IMG/VR virus record: IMGVR_UViG_3300025319_000005
Location: 127,289-191,288 of that record
DNA length: 64,000 bases
Origin: a virus
Strand: one strand, 5' to 3'
Made by a program: the position numbers and the translations under genes. The notes below the pieces were generated by a model that saw only the letters and a program-made list of their open reading frames with translations, was not told where the DNA came from and made no database searches. Numbering within the stretch: position 1 is the first letter of the stretch; the number at the start of each line of letters is the position of its first letter. This document shows positions 49,172 through 57,822 of this stretch, in pieces.

Positions 49172-49245
49172 TAGCATATATCAGAATCAAACTGATGACC
49201 TTCCTCATATGAAAAGGACGCTCTAATCAACTGAGCTAATATGCT
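49172..49245 (-). tRNA. tRNA with CAT anticodon (Met elongator or Ile2)
   Basis: Cloverleaf with TT-CAT-AT. Confidence 0.88.
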
Positions 49246-49255
49246 ATTTAAAAAG

Positions 49256-49327
49256 AGCGGGTGATGAGGATTAAACTCACGGCCTCATCCTTGGCAAGGA
49301 TGCGCTCTATCGCTGAGCTACACCCGC
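49256..49327 (-). tRNA. tRNA-Gly(GCC)
   Basis: GCGGGTG/CACCCGC; TT-GCC-AA. Confidence 0.92.
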
Positions 49328-49400
49328 TTTTTTGATTATCAATATGTCAAATAACTCTGCAAACTTTTAAGTCATTGCTCGACTTGTAAACTTTTTAAGC

Positions 49401-49433
49401 AACAAAAAACCCGAACCTTTTTTAAGTCCGGGT
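49401..49433 (-). terminator. Attenuator terminator of tRNA operon 1
   Basis: ACCCGGAC..GTTCGGGT followed by TTTTTGTT. Confidence 0.85.
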
Positions 49434-49472
49434 GTGTTATGTTGTTTCCCTTTTAAGTTTTTATATCTTACT

Positions 49473-49601
49473 TCATGAAACAAAATGTTTTAACACACCC
49501 ATATTATCGCGGCTATAATCGCCAGGGGTAATACACGCATACCCGACTGTCGGCATGACTGCCCAAATCGTTGTAATTGTTGTATGTGTTAAATTTTTCA
49601 T
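49473..49601 (-). CDS. Leader peptide of tRNA operon 1 (42 aa)
   Basis: MKNLTHTTITTIWAVMPTVGYACITPGDYSRDNMGVLKHFVS*; contains antiterminator strand GGGTGTGTTA. Confidence 0.8.
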   Translation of the reverse strand: MKNLTHTTITTIWAVMPTVGYACITPGDYSRDNMGVLKHFVS

Positions 49602-49624
49602 TGAAGATGTTTTCTTTTTAATTA

Positions 49625-49740
49625 AACTTAAATAGTATAAAAAATTATTTTCTCAAATATTTCTTTCGACCAATTATAACGCAAAGATATAATTAAAGTT
49701 TAATAAAAAGCAAATTTATTTTCATTTATTTTTTATTTAA
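49625..49740 (-). promoter_or_regulatory. Promoter block of tRNA operon 1 (TTTG..TATCTTTG plus CTATTTA)
   Basis: Near-duplicate at about 57995-58110. Confidence 0.75.
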
Positions 49741-49913
49741 CTTGTAAAATCCTGATATTCAGCTAAATAATTTTTTGTAAAATCCTAAACATAATCGTAA
49801 AATCCTGTCATTGATAATATTAAACAAAAAATCCACAATTTTTTTAAGCAAGGGAGCCAACGAATTTATTCGTTGGAGTATGTCAGTCAATAATATTTCC
49901 TTGCAATTTGTTT

Positions 49914-50117
49914 TTACCAACCTTCTTTAGCAACTCCGGATGCAACTGCAGCTTCTGCGTTAGCAGAGCTCATTATAGCACACATTTTATGTCCTTCTTT
50001 AGTTTCTCCTTTACATACGTATCCACCTTTTGCGTTTTTAGATATGATAGGATTAACGAAAGTTTGTTTGCTTTTTAATTTCATACAATATCCTTCTAAT
50101 ACGATTAATGTGCTCAT
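49914..50117 (-). CDS. DUF5679-like small protein
   Basis: GYCMKLKSK..G.HKM; paralog of 51512-51712. Confidence 0.65.
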   Translation of the reverse strand: MSTLIVLEGYCMKLKSKQTFVNPIISKNAKGGYVCKGETKEGHKMCAIMSSANAEAAVASGVAKEGW

Positions 50118-50221
50118 GATTTTTAGTTTTAAGTTTTTTATAAATATGAAATATTTTATAAAACAAGTTTTAATATATGTTTATGTTCTAAATTAGCTTA
50201 TATTTATATAAAAACAAGCTC

Positions 50222-50975
50222 ATGAAAAATTTAAAAAAAATAATAGAAGAAACAGTAAGTAAAGTTCTGGGTGAAGGCGATTTTTTAACACATCAAATAA
50301 AAAATTCAATAAGCGTGTTAAATAATGTTTTCAAAGACAACTTAGTTGCAAAGATAAACGAAACAAATGATAAAGATAAACGAAACAAATGATAGTGTTA
50401 TTGATGTTTATATTAAGAAATACAATATAAATGCATTAACAAAAATAGATAAAACGATAGAAAATTTAGGATATTTTATTTCTATTTTTAGTATAAATGG
50501 ATTTCAAAAGAAATTTAACAAAGATTCATTTTTTAAAAAAATAAAAGACTTAAAAGAATTAACTCCAATATACCTAAAGCTGGAGAAAAAAATGGACTCA
50601 AATGAAGATATAGATACAATTATCCCATCTATGTTATATCACATTACACATGAAAGACATCTCGCAAAAATCAAGAAAATAGGTTTAGTTCCAAAATCTA
50701 AATCTAAAAAATCAGCTCATCCTGAAAGAATATATTTAGCGTGGAATGAAGAATCTGCTATAAAATTAGTAAAAGAATTTTCAGATTTAGAATACGAATT
50801 TGAACATAATTATGTTTTATTAAAAATTGACACAAGTAAAATTTCTGAGTTTAGACGTGATAAAAATTTCAAATTACATAATGACCCAAACTTTACAGAT
50901 GGTTATTTTACATATGATAATATACCTCCTGCTGCAATAAATTTTGAAAATATGAAATTAATAAACCTTGAATAA
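50222..50975 (+). pseudogene. ART/Tpt1-fold protein interrupted by a 22-bp tandem duplication
   Basis: LYHIT..IKKIGLVPK..RIYLA..IPP motifs; AAGATAAACGAAACAAATGATA x2 at 50351-50394. Confidence 0.6.
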
Positions 50976-51507
50976 TATGAGTTTGTTAGAAAAAATTAAA
51001 ATAGAAAGATTTATTTCGGAAGATATTGACGAAGTTAAACAGTTAATTAAAAACATACATTCAAAAATCTGTTTTAATGAAACAAATATTCACATTTATA
51101 ATAATTTAATGTATAAACTTTTTTTTAACGGTTATAGTTTTCTTTTGGATTTTTCATTAAAAGTAACATATAGAAAAAAAATAATAGGAGTTATGTTATT
51201 ATCTGACTTTTCGTTTTATTGGCTATTAGAAACATATAAAGAAGATGACAAAAACATAAGCAAAAAAATAAAAAAATATAAGAACAAAGAAGGTTTAAGG
51301 AGTGTTTTTTTTGGAATTGATAGGAAATATCAAAAAAAAGGATTAGGCTCTAAAATGATTGAATATATACAAAAAAACTATAAGCAGTTTGATTATTTGT
51401 GGGGAATTCAACATAAAGAGATTTCAAATATGGAATTTTTCTTAAAAAGAAGAAAAGTTGTTGCAGAAATAGGAAATTCCGTATATACTGTGCAGGATTT
51501 GAAATAA
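50968..51507 (+). CDS. GNAT acetyltransferase
   Basis: IDRKYQKKGLGSKMI. Confidence 0.75.
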   Translation: MNNMSLLEKIKIERFISEDIDEVKQLIKNIHSKICFNETNIHIYNNLMYKLFFNGYSFLLDFSLKVTYRKKIIGVMLLSDFSFYWLLETYKEDDKNISKKIKKYKNKEGLRSVFFGIDRKYQKKGLGSKMIEYIQKNYKQFDYLWGIQHKEISNMEFFLKRRKVVAEIGNSVYTVQDLK

Positions 51508-51511
51508 AAGC

Positions 51512-51712
51512 TTAAAACCCTTCTTTAGTAACTCCAGATGCTACGGCAGCTTCTGCGTTGGCTTTACTCATTAATAGACTCATCTTATGTCCATCTTTAC
51601 TTTCGCCCTTTGCAATGTACCCACCCTTTTTAGTTAAGCTAATAACAGCATTAACCATTACTCCCTTTGATTTTGTCTTAAGACAATAAGCCTCTAATAC
51701 TACTTTTTCCAT
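51512..51712 (-). CDS. DUF5679-like small protein
   Basis: EAYCLKTKSK; paralog of 49914-50117. Confidence 0.65.
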   Translation of the reverse strand: MEKVVLEAYCLKTKSKGVMVNAVISLTKKGGYIAKGESKDGHKMSLLMSKANAEAAVASGVTKEGF

Positions 51713-51750
51713 TTTTTTTGGTTTTATAGTAAATATTAAAAATTTTTATT

Positions 51751-52098
51751 TTAAGTCGGTGATGTTATTAATTGAAATTTAGTAGGATGCGACAATCTAT
51801 AATCAACTTGTCTTTCATCAACATATTCTCGATAATTAACATAACCTTTAACATATGGAGTTACGCGAGCATCGAAAAAAATAACATCTCCGTTATTTAA
51901 CGCTCCTAATTTCTCAAATCCTTTTGTTTTGTTAAACCACAAATGGTCAGTAACAATTTTATCAGACTTATCCTTAATATCTTTTAAGAGTATTGTTTCT
52001 ACAGGATATCCATGATAATTCTTCTTTGTTCCAAATTTCTCAAATATTCCACTAAATCTGTCCCGTATATTTTCTATTTTTTCTAAATCTTTTCTCAT
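51751..52098 (-). CDS. Hypothetical protein
   Basis: TDHLWF..FDARVTPYVKGY..LSHPT. Confidence 0.65.
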   Translation of the reverse strand: MRKDLEKIENIRDRFSGIFEKFGTKKNYHGYPVETILLKDIKDKSDKIVTDHLWFNKTKGFEKLGALNNGDVIFFDARVTPYVKGYVNYREYVDERQVDYRLSHPTKFQLITSPT

Positions 52099-52667
52099 TG
52101 ATAAAACCCTTTTCTTTTTATATAATTAGCAACTTGCGGTGCTAAAAAATCTTTCACATCTCTATTTTCCTTTATCTCGTTTCGGATAAATGTGGAAGAC
52201 ATTTCAATTAAATTAACATCAAACATTTTTACTTTTGGATGTAAAATTAGATTACCGCCATCGCTGGAGCTACGTGAATATACATAAATTTGATATTCTT
52301 CAAGTATTTTTTGATAATCTTTCCACTTGTGTAAGTTTTCTAAATTATCAGTTCCCATTATTATAACAAATTCATTTTCTTTAAATGTTTCTTTTAATAA
52401 ATTGAGCGTATCTATAGTATACGAAGGTTTTGATAAATTAAATTCAATATCACTGGCTCTCATATGTTCATTATCAATTAATGCCATATTAACCATTTTT
52501 AACCTTTCTTTTTCTGATAGTAGAGAATTTTTATCCTTGAGAGGATTGTGAGGAGATATTATAAACCACACACATTCCAATTCGGTATGTTCAAGCATGT
52601 AAGACGCCAATATTGTGTGACCGTTGTGGATTGGATTAAAACTACCGAAGAATAAACCTATTTTCAT
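52095..52667 (-). CDS. nadD: Nicotinate-nucleotide adenylyltransferase
   Basis: GSFNPIHNGH, SYTIDTL, GTDN..L.KW, SSTFIR motifs. Confidence 0.95.
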   Translation of the reverse strand: MKIGLFFGSFNPIHNGHTILASYMLEHTELECVWFIISPHNPLKDKNSLLSEKERLKMVNMALIDNEHMRASDIEFNLSKPSYTIDTLNLLKETFKENEFVIIMGTDNLENLHKWKDYQKILEEYQIYVYSRSSSDGGNLILHPKVKMFDVNLIEMSSTFIRNEIKENRDVKDFLAPQVANYIKRKGFYQ

Positions 52668-52749
52668 ATGTGATATTATTAAACGAAGATAATCATTATA
52701 ATGTTGCAACTAACTTTTTTAAACTATTTATTGAAAAAAGAAATATAAA

Positions 52750-54123
52750 ATGAATAATAAAGAACTAAGAAAATCGATAAGAAGGATTTTAAAGGAAAAT
52801 CTTGAAAATTCTGATTGGGTGAATGCCAGTGATGCTCAAAAAGCTGCAATGCAAGATATAGACTCAGAAGATGAATTTGAACACTTAGGAACTAATAGGT
52901 TTGAAAAAGATTTTGATGTTGAAGATTTTCTATATGATTTAGAAGCTCAAAAAAATATGTCTGAGCCATCTGTAAAAAGATTAGAAAAACAAATTGGGCA
53001 ATTAAAAAGATTTGGAAAGGGTTCTTTGAATGAATTATCGCCAGAAATAAGACAATCCGCACTTAAAAAAGCTGTTGATTATATTGAACAACCTGGAGAT
53101 ACCTATCATAAAGACCCGCTCCAATATATTAAGAAAAAAAACCAAGCAAATTCATTTATTTCTCATGTTAATCCTGAGTTAAAAAAAGAAGCTATGGAAA
53201 TAGCAAAAATGATAGATGTAAATTGTGAAAGTCGTATAGAAAAAGAAGCGGTAGGAAGTACACTTGAACCAAATGTTGTATTATATTTTGGTCAAAACAT
53301 TGCAGATTTAAGTAATCAAATACTTAAAATTGCCATTAAAAAAGATAATCATACATGGGAAACCAAAAAATTTATTCCTGAAAATATTCAAAGAAGATTG
53401 GCTAATTTTATAAAAAAGATTCAAACAAAAGAAATATCTAGTCCAGTTAAACAATTGAATGAGAGATTTCTTGGTGGATGGCATTATTTCGCAACTCCAG
53501 AAGGTAAAGAAGAATATATTAAAGACCTCGAGTCTAAAAAGATTAATGCAAAAGGAGAAGAATTAGAGCAAATTGAAAAAGAACTTAAAAAGTTAAAATC
53601 AATAAAACCAAAATCCTTAAAAGAAGAAACATCAAAACTTGACAAGCCAAAAGATTCTGCAGGAAATTCAATATCATCCGGAGTGAGAGTTGAAGATTTA
53701 GAGTCGGGTAGTGCTGGACGAGTTGAGAGATTTGGTATTGACGACAAAGGACAATTAACAGTTCATGTTGCTTGGATAACAAAATATGGACAGATAGCTC
53801 CAAAGTCCATTGTTTATCCCAAAAATATAATTGTTAAAGATTCTGCAAAAAAGATAACAGACGAAGGAATTAAAGATACTTTAAAAAATATTTATAAAGA
53901 ATTGAATCCTATTGAAAAATGGAAACAAATGAAAGAAAATCGTAAAAAGCTCGAAAAAGAAGTTAGTGATTTACGAAGAGAAGTTTCTGAAAAGGAAAAA
54001 GAATTAGAAAAAATAGTGAATAGTAATCATATTAAAGCTGATGTAAGTAATGATGTTGACGAAGGAATTGGAGCTGGATTATCACTTCCAATAAAAAAAG
54101 GAGCCGGAAGCAGATTTAAATAA
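52750..54123 (+). CDS. Putative virion protein
   Basis: ELRKSIRRILKE tag; CTATTTA upstream. Confidence 0.65.
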   Translation: MNNKELRKSIRRILKENLENSDWVNASDAQKAAMQDIDSEDEFEHLGTNRFEKDFDVEDFLYDLEAQKNMSEPSVKRLEKQIGQLKRFGKGSLNELSPEIRQSALKKAVDYIEQPGDTYHKDPLQYIKKKNQANSFISHVNPELKKEAMEIAKMIDVNCESRIEKEAVGSTLEPNVVLYFGQNIADLSNQILKIAIKKDNHTWETKKFIPENIQRRLANFIKKIQTKEISSPVKQLNERFLGGWHYFATPEGKEEYIKDLESKKINAKGEELEQIEKELKKLKSIKPKSLKEETSKLDKPKDSAGNSISSGVRVEDLESGSAGRVERFGIDDKGQLTVHVAWITKYGQIAPKSIVYPKNIIVKDSAKKITDEGIKDTLKNIYKELNPIEKWKQMKENRKKLEKEVSDLRREVSEKEKELEKIVNSNHIKADVSNDVDEGIGAGLSLPIKKGAGSRFK

Positions 54124-54130
54124 AACTATT

Positions 54131-55144
54131 TTGGAAAATAAGTTAAGAAAATATATTCAAAAAATCCTTCAAGAATCTTTAAATACAGAAGACATTCCTG
54201 AAGACATCCCCATTAAAAAAGATTTAAAATTCACTGAGACCTCAAGAGGTTCGCATCATGGCCAGCAGGATTTAACAGCTTATGCCACAATAGAGGGAAT
54301 AGTAGTTGGCTATGTTGAATATTCTATATTTCAGAACGAAATCCACATAGAAATGATTGAAGTTGTTGAAGAACAAAAAAGACAAGGAATAGCAACAAAA
54401 TTATTTCATTTTATAAGACTTAAAAATTCTGGTATGAAAATTATTCCAGGATATTCAACCGAAGAAGGAAGTAAATTTTATAATGCTTATAAAAGCAAAA
54501 AACTAAAAGAAGATATAAATGTTCCTATAAATGTTGGAGATACCGTTCTTGGTGGCCGTTTTAAAAATAAAAAAATTATTATTAAAGATATAGGAAAGTC
54601 AGATAAGGGCGACATTACAATTAATGACAAGCCTCTTTTAAAAGTTAGGATTCCAAAGAAAATAAATGAAGAAAAATTGACATGTTTATATATTCATGGT
54701 TTAGGAGCTGAAATATCTGATGATATTAAAAATTCTCTTTCCAAATACAATCTCATATATCCCAAAATAAACTACGACAAAACAACAAAACCATATTATC
54801 AATGTTTAGAAATATTAAATAAAGATAAGGTGGATTTTATAATAGGTCATTCTATAGGTGGAGTTATGGGTTATTATTTAGCTAAAGAAACAAATATTCC
54901 AGCTTTATTATTATGTCCGGCATTTGGAGATGAATATAAAGTTCTCACAAGTAAGTTAGTTAAAGATAATAACCCAAAAATAGTTGTTATCATAGGAAAA
55001 AAAGATGATGAAGTTGATAATAAAAAAGTTAAATCCACTTTAGAAAATCAACCCAATTGTGTTATTAAAGAATTAAATATCGGACATGATATTACAGAAA
55101 AAAATCTGATTTTATTTGCTGATGGTTTTGTTGAAAATTTATAA
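54131..55144 (+). CDS. GNAT + alpha/beta-hydrolase fusion with virion tag
   Basis: KRQGIATKL; YIHG..GHSIGG..D..GH. Confidence 0.7.
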   Translation: MENKLRKYIQKILQESLNTEDIPEDIPIKKDLKFTETSRGSHHGQQDLTAYATIEGIVVGYVEYSIFQNEIHIEMIEVVEEQKRQGIATKLFHFIRLKNSGMKIIPGYSTEEGSKFYNAYKSKKLKEDINVPINVGDTVLGGRFKNKKIIIKDIGKSDKGDITINDKPLLKVRIPKKINEEKLTCLYIHGLGAEISDDIKNSLSKYNLIYPKINYDKTTKPYYQCLEILNKDKVDFIIGHSIGGVMGYYLAKETNIPALLLCPAFGDEYKVLTSKLVKDNNPKIVVIIGKKDDEVDNKKVKSTLENQPNCVIKELNIGHDITEKNLILFADGFVENL

Positions 55145-55171
55145 TTGAAATTATTATTTTTTAATATAAAG

Positions 55172-55244
55172 TGCTTCCAGTTGGACTTGAACCAACGACC
55201 CGAAAATTAAGAATTTCCTACTCTACCATCTGAGCTATGAAAGC
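55172..55244 (-). tRNA. tRNA-Lys(CTT)
   Basis: Cloverleaf with TT-CTT-AA. Confidence 0.9.
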
Positions 55245-55332
55245 AATAATTTATAATGTATTATAGATATATGTTGAGTAAAATCCACAGAATGTTCTAT
55301 TTTATGGATTGTGCTCAACAAATATGTAATTG

Positions 55333-55406
55333 TGTGTCCGACAAGATTTGAACTTGTGACCTCCGCATTAAAAGTGCGGTATTCTAACCAGCTGAATTAC
55401 GAACAC
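55333..55406 (-). tRNA. tRNA-Lys(TTT)
   Basis: Cloverleaf with CT-TTT-AA. Confidence 0.92.
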
Positions 55407-55410
55407 ATAG

Positions 55411-55497
55411 TGTACCCAGAAAGATTCGAACTTTCAACGGCCTTTCGGCTCCCCACAGGGTAAAAACCTGTTGCTCTACCAATTGAGCCATGGGTAC
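55411..55497 (-). tRNA. tRNA with TTT anticodon and long variable arm
   Basis: ACAGG-TTTTTAC-CCTGT; variable arm with GCC-GAAA-GGC hairpin. Confidence 0.85.
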
Positions 55498-55501
55498 AAA
55501 T

Positions 55502-55538
55502 AAAAAAGCCTGAATCTACACAGAGACTCAGGCTTTTT
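55502..55538 (-). terminator. Attenuator terminator upstream of the Lys tRNAs
   Basis: AAGCCTGAGTCT..AGATTCAGGCTTTTTT. Confidence 0.85.
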
Positions 55539-55553
55539 GGACTTATAAAAAAG

Positions 55554-55619
55554 TCAATGAGCTATCGTCCCCGGAGACCAGGGTTTCTTAGATTTTTTTA
55601 TTTTGATTATTGTTAACAT
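55554..55619 (-). CDS. Lys-rich leader peptide (21 aa)
   Basis: MLTIIKIKKSKKPWSPGTIAH*. Confidence 0.7.
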   Translation of the reverse strand: MLTIIKIKKSKKPWSPGTIAH

Positions 55620-55730
55620 TTTGTTTATTTTTTTAAATTAAAAAGAGCCCACACTCAACTGGTGGCTAATTTTTATGAACGAGTATTACCCAAGTTCTGT
55701 CATCCACTATGACAAATTTCTATTGTTATT

Positions 55731-56083
55731 TTAACCTTGAATATCTTGACATTCCGTGATGTTATAGGTCTTTATAAAATCCTTACCATCAGTTATTATT
55801 AAATCCAAGTTACTTGAATAGTACCCGTTATTAGAACCGTGTCCAGCTATTTTTACAGAATGTCCTTGTATTGGAATTAATTCAATTCCGTAATCAGGAA
55901 TTCTTTTGAAGAAATCATCATTTGTTAAATCAAATTCTAATCCTTCAAATCAGCGATTGTTAAATCATCTAATGTTAATGAATGTGATTCACAACAATCT
56001 GATTCATGATTTGAATATAACTTTACTTCATTTTCAAATTCAATTGCATCTGAGTCAACTTTTACTACTTTTAATTTGTTCAT
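55731..56083 (-). pseudogene. Phage protein with an apparent 1-nt frameshift
   Basis: SDCCESH half continues in another frame as LEFDL..HGSNNGYYS; one T appears missing near 55947. Confidence 0.6.
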
Positions 56084-56099
56084 TTTATTTATGTTTTTG

Positions 56100-56173
56100 G
56101 GTGCTATATCGGCTACGACCCGATTACCTTCTGTACCACAAACAGACACTCTACCAATTGAGCTAATAACACC
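56100..56173 (-). tRNA. tRNA-His(GTG)
   Basis: G-1:C73; TT-GTG-GT. Confidence 0.9.
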
Positions 56174-56186
56174 ATATTAAATTTGT

Positions 56187-56957
56187 TTAAAATACAAATT
56201 TTAAGACTTTAATATTATTTACTTTTTCACTATATCCAAAATTTCTAATTTCATCATGTATTTCTATGTGACAATTTGCACAAACCATAATACATTTATC
56301 AACTTCTACTTTTAATCTTTCAAAACCATAAGATTTGCCACCAATAGTAAAATCTTTTTCACTTGGATTTGTATGATGAAATTGTAAAACTGATGTTGAT
56401 TTATTATATCCACAACATTCACATTTCCATCCTTTATATTCAATTAATCTAATTTTACTTCTTTTTCTCCAATCTATAACAGCCTGACTTTTGGTTTTAG
56501 TTTTTTGTCTTTTTTTATTTGTTTTAATCAAATCATCAGAAATGTAATTTCTAATTGTTGTCCTATCTACCTTAAAATAAGCGGCTGTTTTTCTTAAAGA
56601 CTTACTTTCTATATAAAAATTAACAACTTCTATTTCAATAAGTTCTTTTTTCTTAAATGTACCACTTGATTTATTTAATCCATACAAATTACATATTTTA
56701 ATTAACTTATCTTCTCCAATGTCCAAAATTGACCTTATTTCGTCATAGCTTTTCAATTCTCTTCTGTAAGCAATTATTTTGTTTATAACTTCATCAGTTA
56801 TTCCAATTAAAAAACTGTTTCTTACTCCGCCAAGTCCAACATTATTTATGTGATAAGACACAGTGCTTTTTGAACACTTTAATTGTTCAACTATTTCTTT
56901 TATAGTTGAGCCTTTTTCTCTTAAAGAGATAATTTTATTTTTCAAACCTTTATCCAT
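56187..56957 (-). CDS. HNH homing endonuclease with HTH
   Basis: CECCGY..LQFHH..KCIMVCANCH; paralog of 12009-12704. Confidence 0.85.
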   Translation of the reverse strand: MDKGLKNKIISLREKGSTIKEIVEQLKCSKSTVSYHINNVGLGGVRNSFLIGITDEVINKIIAYRRELKSYDEIRSILDIGEDKLIKICNLYGLNKSSGTFKKKELIEIEVVNFYIESKSLRKTAAYFKVDRTTIRNYISDDLIKTNKKRQKTKTKSQAVIDWRKRSKIRLIEYKGWKCECCGYNKSTSVLQFHHTNPSEKDFTIGGKSYGFERLKVEVDKCIMVCANCHIEIHDEIRNFGYSEKVNNIKVLKFVF

Positions 56958-57028
56958 ATTATTAACTTTATTTGTTAATAAATATGGGATAAAATTCAAA
57001 AAAACAAAATTTATTTCAAAGAACGTTG

Positions 57029-57100
57029 CGGACCCGCCTGGACTTGAACCAGAAAACGCAGATTAACAATCTGAAGTGATACCAATTTCACCACAGGTCC
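57029..57100 (-). tRNA. tRNA-Asn(GTT)
   Basis: TT-GTT-AA; G discriminator. Confidence 0.85.
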
Positions 57101-57106
57101 CAATAT

Positions 57107-57427
57107 TTATTTTTTAATTTCTTCTTTAGTAATAGAATCACCAACCTCTATTACTTTGCCAAAAACTTTTTTTGTCCAACCATTTATTCCTCCTTTATTA
57201 TTTCCTATTAAACAACCTTTTTGTGCATTAATTGCTTTTACTAAATGTGTGTAGAAATTGCCGTGCACTTTCGCATAGACTATATCTCCTACTTTAACTT
57301 CATCTATTGTAATTGGGGCAATTTTATGTTCTTGTCCCGACTTAATTAAAGGAACCATTGAGTTTCCTTTTTCACTGGTGACGAAAGTCTCACCGTTTTG
57401 TAATCTTTCTAATTTATAATTTCTCAT
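57107..57427 (-). CDS. S24/S26 peptidase-like protein
   Basis: KGNSMVPLIKSG..VGDIV..HLV. Confidence 0.7.
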   Translation of the reverse strand: MRNYKLERLQNGETFVTSEKGNSMVPLIKSGQEHKIAPITIDEVKVGDIVYAKVHGNFYTHLVKAINAQKGCLIGNNKGGINGWTKKVFGKVIEVGDSITKEEIKK

Positions 57428-57443
57428 TTTTTATTATTTGTTT

Positions 57444-57532
57444 TGGCGGAAAACGGGCAAATCGAATACCATTCAAATTAACGAACCTCTCGCTTAGCAG
57501 GCGGAGACAACTCCCTGGTTGTTTCGTTTTCC
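57444..57532 (-). tRNA. tRNA-Ser(GCT)
   Basis: CT-GCT-AA, long variable arm, GCCA end. Confidence 0.85.
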
Positions 57533-57559
57533 ATTTATTATTTCAAAGAACATTTTTTG

Positions 57560-57645
57560 CAGAGGCTAAGAGAGTTCAACTCTTACAACCTTTTCAAGTC
57601 CTAGCTATTTTCAAGATAGTGTACCTCCGTCAACTGGGAGCCTCT
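57560..57645 (-). tRNA. tRNA-Ser(TGA)
   Basis: CT-TGA-AA, long variable arm, G73. Confidence 0.8.
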
Positions 57646-57724
57646 ATGTTTGCCTATTAACTCTATCACTCACCTAAACGGTGGATTACAGAACTTCGGC
57701 AGGATTTTATTCCTGTTCAGTTAG

Positions 57725-57801
57725 TGGAGATTGCCAGAATTGAACTGGCGTTAATTTCACGGTTCTTCAAACCGCAGCTAGACCGTCTCAGCTAAATCTC
57801 C
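57725..57801 (-). tRNA. tRNA-Phe(GAA)
   Basis: GGAGATT/AATCTCC; TT-GAA-GA. Confidence 0.88.
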
Positions 57802-57822
57802 ATTATTTTCAAAAAACGTTAT

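Noticed and set aside
48984..49208. 74-aa minus-strand ORF
   Set aside because: Overlaps three tRNA genes
55270..55322. Long hairpin between Lys tRNAs
   Set aside because: The stem is real but has no further features; most simply a processing spacer
55731..56083. Programmed frameshift
   Set aside because: A single missing T in a short run with no evident slippery site or stimulator; a sequencing error or point lesion is more likely
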